In this document: positions 46,830 to 48,809 of the stretch, in pieces
Layout of the letters: each line of letters starts with the position of its first letter
Position numbering within the stretch: position 1 is the first letter of the stretch
Source of the DNA: a bacterium
GTDB lineage: Bacteria; Patescibacteriota; Minisyncoccia; Minisyncoccales; UBA10102
DNA: 48,809 nucleotides
Direction of reading: 5' to 3'
Assembly (NCBI GenBank): GCA_027624865.1
Contig: JAQBTT010000002.1
Coordinates: forward strand, 1 to 48,809
The notes under the pieces: model-generated
Database searches by the model: none
The model's input: the letters and a program-made list of their open reading frames with translations, nothing else
What the model was told of the DNA's origin: nothing
Position numbers and translations under genes: made by a program

Positions 46830-46834
46830 ATCCC

Positions 46835-47302
46835 TCACCATGCGAAATGCGCGAATGCTCGGTTCGCCTCTGCCATGCGATGAGTATCTTCTTTTTTCTT
46901 AAAGGCAGTTCCTTCACTCTTATATGCTGCCATAAGTTCCTCGGCAAGTTTTTCACGCATTGGCTTTCCTTTCTTTCCTCGTGCTGCATTAATAATCCAA
47001 CGAGTAGCCAAAGACTCTTTGCGGTGGTCCTTTACCTGTACAGGAACCTGATAGGTAGCGCCTCCAACTCTTTTGGAGCGCACCTCAAGCAATGGAGCAA
47101 CATTTTCTAAAGCCTTCTGGAATACCTCGATAGGATCTTTCTTGGTTTTGTCTTTAATAATTTCCAAAGCACCATACACAATCTTTCGTGCGGCAGACTT
47201 TTTCCCCTCAGTCATAATATGATTGATAAACTTAGCAATCTGCACATTATTGTGAACCAAGTCAGGATGAGGAATTCTTTTTTGTATTTTGTATCGAGGC
47301 AT
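46835..47302 (-). CDS. rpsG: 30S ribosomal protein S7
   Basis: [23 protein letters not shown]. Confidence 0.98.
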   Translation of the reverse strand: MPRYKIQKRIPHPDLVHNNVQIAKFINHIMTEGKKSAARKIVYGALEIIKDKTKKDPIEVFQKALENVAPLLEVRSKRVGGATYQVPVQVKDHRKESLATRWIINAARGKKGKPMREKLAEELMAAYKSEGTAFKKKEDTHRMAEANRAFAHFAW

Positions 47303-47306
47303 ATAA

Positions 47307-47430
47307 CTTTTATTGCGTAAAAGAAATTTCTAATTTCAAATTTTTAATTTAAAAACAATTCACTAATTTCTAATTTTAAAATTGAATATTTGAAATTGTT
47401 TTTGAATTTGAAATTTATCATTTAAAATTT
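47307..47430. repeat. AT-rich heptamer-repeat quasi-palindrome
   Basis: Homologous to 6477-6559. Confidence 0.75.
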
Positions 47431-47434
47431 ATAC

Positions 47435-47848
47435 TTAGGACTTCTGTCGTTTGGTTCCGTACTTACTTCGAACCTGCTTTCTTCCTTCCACTCCCGAAGC
47501 GTCCAACACGCCTCGAACAATGTGATATCTGACTCCAGGCAAGTCTTTTACTCTTCCTCCTCTGAGCAAAACTACGGAGTGCTCCTGCAAGTTATGCCCC
47601 ATTCCAGGAATATAAGCAGTAACCTCCATTCCATTTGAAAGACGTATTCTTGCTACTTTACGTAATGCAGAGTTTGGCTTTTTGGGCGTAGTGGTAAAAA
47701 CCCGCAAGCAAACTCCCCTCTTGAAGGGAGCGGGGTACCGTACGGGCTGATTCTTTTTTGTATTAAACCCAAAAGTCAACGCAGGAGTTTTATCCTTCCC
47801 TTTTGCTTTCTTTCGAGGGTTTTTTATTAATTGATGAATAGTAGGCAT
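47435..47848 (-). CDS. rpsL: 30S ribosomal protein S12
   Basis: [24 protein letters not shown]. Confidence 0.99.
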   Translation of the reverse strand: MPTIHQLIKNPRKKAKGKDKTPALTFGFNTKKNQPVRYPAPFKRGVCLRVFTTTPKKPNSALRKVARIRLSNGMEVTAYIPGMGHNLQEHSVVLLRGGRVKDLPGVRYHIVRGVLDASGVEGRKQVRSKYGTKRQKS

Positions 47849-47849
47849 A

Positions 47850-47987
47850 TCCTGTAGTGAAACTTCCAGTTATCTTTTAAGATTTCGTAATTGTTGTGCG
47901 TTTAGCATCATTGGTATTTGTTGCTTACTATTCTAGCCCCATAATCTCCAAAAGATAAAGAAATCTTCTGAAAATTCTACTACGGGG
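47850..47987. mobile_element. non-autonomous TIR element (subfamily C) at the rpsL start
   Basis: tcctgtagtgaaacttccag / ctgaaaattctactacgggg ends; CATA direct repeats at 47846-47849 and 47988-47991. Confidence 0.82.
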
Positions 47988-48009
47988 CATATAAACAATT
48001 TCACACAAA

Positions 48010-48038
48010 AGCTTATCAAAATTCTTGCAATTTGTCAA
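48010..48038 (-). promoter_or_regulatory. sigma70 promoter for the str operon
   Basis: TTGACA-17 bp-TAAGCT with extended -10 TG. Confidence 0.65.
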
Positions 48039-48088
48039 TAAAACTACGTATCTCTTTTACCAAATCAGAGGTTGACGCAGTTGTAAAC

Positions 48089-48715
48089 TTAAAATAGGTT
48101 CGGGAAAGCATTCATTGGCTTTCCCATAAGAAGGATAAATAGCACGTTCACGATTACCCCGAGTATCCCTGTGAAAAAGACAATGAACAAAAGAATAAAT
48201 ATTCCATACCTACTAAGTCCTTCCTGCACGTACGCAAGTGATCTTGGCAAAAATGCAAATAAAATATGGGACCCATCGAGTGGAGGAATAGGCAAAAGAT
48301 TCAATGCGGCAAGCATAAGATTGATTATTACAATACTGCTTACAATGGCAGCAAATGCCGGATTTAATTCCATAAGGGGCAAGAAGCGAAGTGCCAACCC
48401 AAAGACAAGTGCGATCGCAAGATTGGAAGCAGGACCAGCAAACCCTACTTTTAAAGATCCGAATTTATGGTCTTTAAAGTTAAGCGGATTTACAGGGACT
48501 GGTTTTGCCCACCCAATAACAAAGCCTCCAACTAAAACCATAATAGCTGGCAAAATAATTGACCCTATGGGGTCAATATGTGGAATGGGGTTAATAGTTA
48601 ACCTCCCTGCATTCTTTGCCGTAGGGTCGCCTTGTGCATTTGCAACTATTCCATGTGAAACCTCGTGAATTACCACAGAGAATATTAAAATGGCAATGAG
48701 AAAGATAAACTCCAT
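48089..48715 (-). CDS. site-2 protease (M50) family protein
   Basis: HEVSH, GRLTINP..HIDP.G, GWAKPVPVNP, AGP.SN, NLLPIPPLDGS; start at ATG 48715. Confidence 0.92.
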   Translation of the reverse strand: MEFIFLIAILIFSVVIHEVSHGIVANAQGDPTAKNAGRLTINPIPHIDPIGSIILPAIMVLVGGFVIGWAKPVPVNPLNFKDHKFGSLKVGFAGPASNLAIALVFGLALRFLPLMELNPAFAAIVSSIVIINLMLAALNLLPIPPLDGSHILFAFLPRSLAYVQEGLSRYGIFILLFIVFFTGILGVIVNVLFILLMGKPMNAFPNLF

Positions 48716-48809
48716 ACATCTTACTTTATCACAAACACTAAAAATAACCAGTGGTTTTGGATTTTTGATTTTATGATTTGTTTCGCCCGCCTGCAACGCT
48801 TGATGCGTA

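Noticed and set aside
46454..46831. 125-aa ORF, and similar ORFs at 16864-17148, 17473-17694 and 33087-33402, as real genes
   Set aside because: They read through repeat elements; their mutual similarity reflects the shared DNA element.
1836..48668. Plus-strand ORFs antisense to conserved genes
   Set aside because: Shadow ORFs fully overlapping well-supported minus-strand genes, with no recognisable motifs.

Overview
Core-genome segment of a reduced bacterium, most likely Patescibacteria/Parcubacteria. This is an inference from the absence of rpmD between rpsE and rplO, the short ProRS and AlaRS, and the CPR-type PEGA and baseplate-J-like proteins. Almost all genes are on the minus strand: the str/S10/spc/alpha ribosomal-protein superoperon, tuf/fusA, secY, two adk, map, tpiA, folK/folP, mnmA, alaS, murA, two mreB, frr, rseP, proS, gatCA and two CAT-anticodon tRNAs. 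The unusual content lies between the genes, where many junctions of essential genes hold small, sometimes nested structured elements. (i) A CCCCGTA...TACGGGG terminal-inverted-repeat family with 4-bp target duplications sits at start codons, and one member carries a GIY-YIG nuclease. (ii) A ~80-100 bp structured core is linked to replacement of gene termini: a duplicated, recoded 5' end of fusA and three 3' ends of rpsI, each new terminus paired with an antisense arm. A COG2426 gene shows analogous 3'-end replacement. (iii) There are two further multi-copy hairpin families, plus heptamer-repeat palindromes. A cassette-like island also splits the S10 operon. The structures are read directly from the sequence; their mechanisms are inference.
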